From NCBI GenBank assembly GCA_030390025.1, contig CM059433.1, forward strand, positions 17,424,001 through 17,488,000: 64,000 nucleotides of DNA, read 5' to 3'. A program made the translations under genes and the position numbers. Within the stretch, counting starts at the first letter, position 1; each line of letters begins with the position of its first letter. This document shows, piece by piece, positions 63,667-64,000 of the stretch. Source of the stretch: Squalus acanthias. Its lineage: Eukaryota. The notes below the pieces were generated by a model, which saw only the letters and a program-made list of their open reading frames with translations, had not been told where the DNA came from and ran no database searches.

Positions 63667-64000
63667 ATTGGAGGATCAGCCATGATCTCATTAAATGGCG
63701 GAGCAGGCTCGAAGGGCCGGATGGCCTACTCCTGCTCCTATCTTCTATGTATCTATGTATCTATGAATACCTCGAGTCTCTTCGCCGGGATCAAGCGGAA
63801 GCCAAGCGCAGGCAGCGCAAGGAGCGCACGTCAACCCAAGCACCCCACCCACCCGCCCCTTCTACCACCGTCTGCCCCACCTGTGACAGAGACTGTAGGT
63901 CCCGTATCGGACTCATCAGTCACCTGAGAACTAATTTTTAATGTGGAAGCAAGTCATCCTCGGTTCCGAGGGACTGCCTAAGAAGAAGAAGATTGTACAA

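Larger units (their letters stand above)
59661..63764 (+). mobile_element. Apparently intact two-ORF CR1 LINE
   Basis: TSD gaata (59656-59660, 63765-63769), open ORF1 and ORF2, and 3'UTR with a ctatgtat tail. Confidence 0.96.
59423..63991 (+). mobile_element. 5'-truncated RTE-clade LINE fragment interrupted by CR1
   Basis: QLRWTGHIVRMPDTRLPKQ..GGQRK.FKD..W..LAQDR..WR, then CPTCDRDCRSRIGLISHLRT and an (AAG)n tail. Flanking repeat attgtacaa at 59414-59422 and 63992-64000. Confidence 0.88.

Overview
This is a repeat-dominated vertebrate genomic window, very probably intergenic or intronic DNA of a cartilaginous fish (shark-type CR1 LINEs, an HE1/V-SINE-like SINE, DeuSINE-like SINEs). I recognised no host exon. 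Contents: (i) many CR1 LINE copies, including one apparently intact element (ORF1 zinc-finger/leucine-zipper/SGNH esterase plus ORF2 APE-RT, 59661-63764) nested in an RTE fragment, and a second intact ORF2 (45308-48118); (ii) two decayed two-gene PIF/Harbinger transposons with reciprocal deletions and about a dozen Harbinger-type MITEs with 3-bp TSDs; (iii) two families of Penelope-like elements carrying minimal type I hammerhead ribozymes; (iv) SINEs and old Gypsy, L1 and L2 remnants. The most notable signals are a U UUA AAC -1 slippery site joining CR1 ORF1 to an AUG-less ORF2, covarying hammerheads, and Harbinger MITEs that keep promoter motifs, internal hairpins and perfect AG|GTAAGT donors. 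All calls are by eye, without database searches, and boundaries of decayed copies are approximate.
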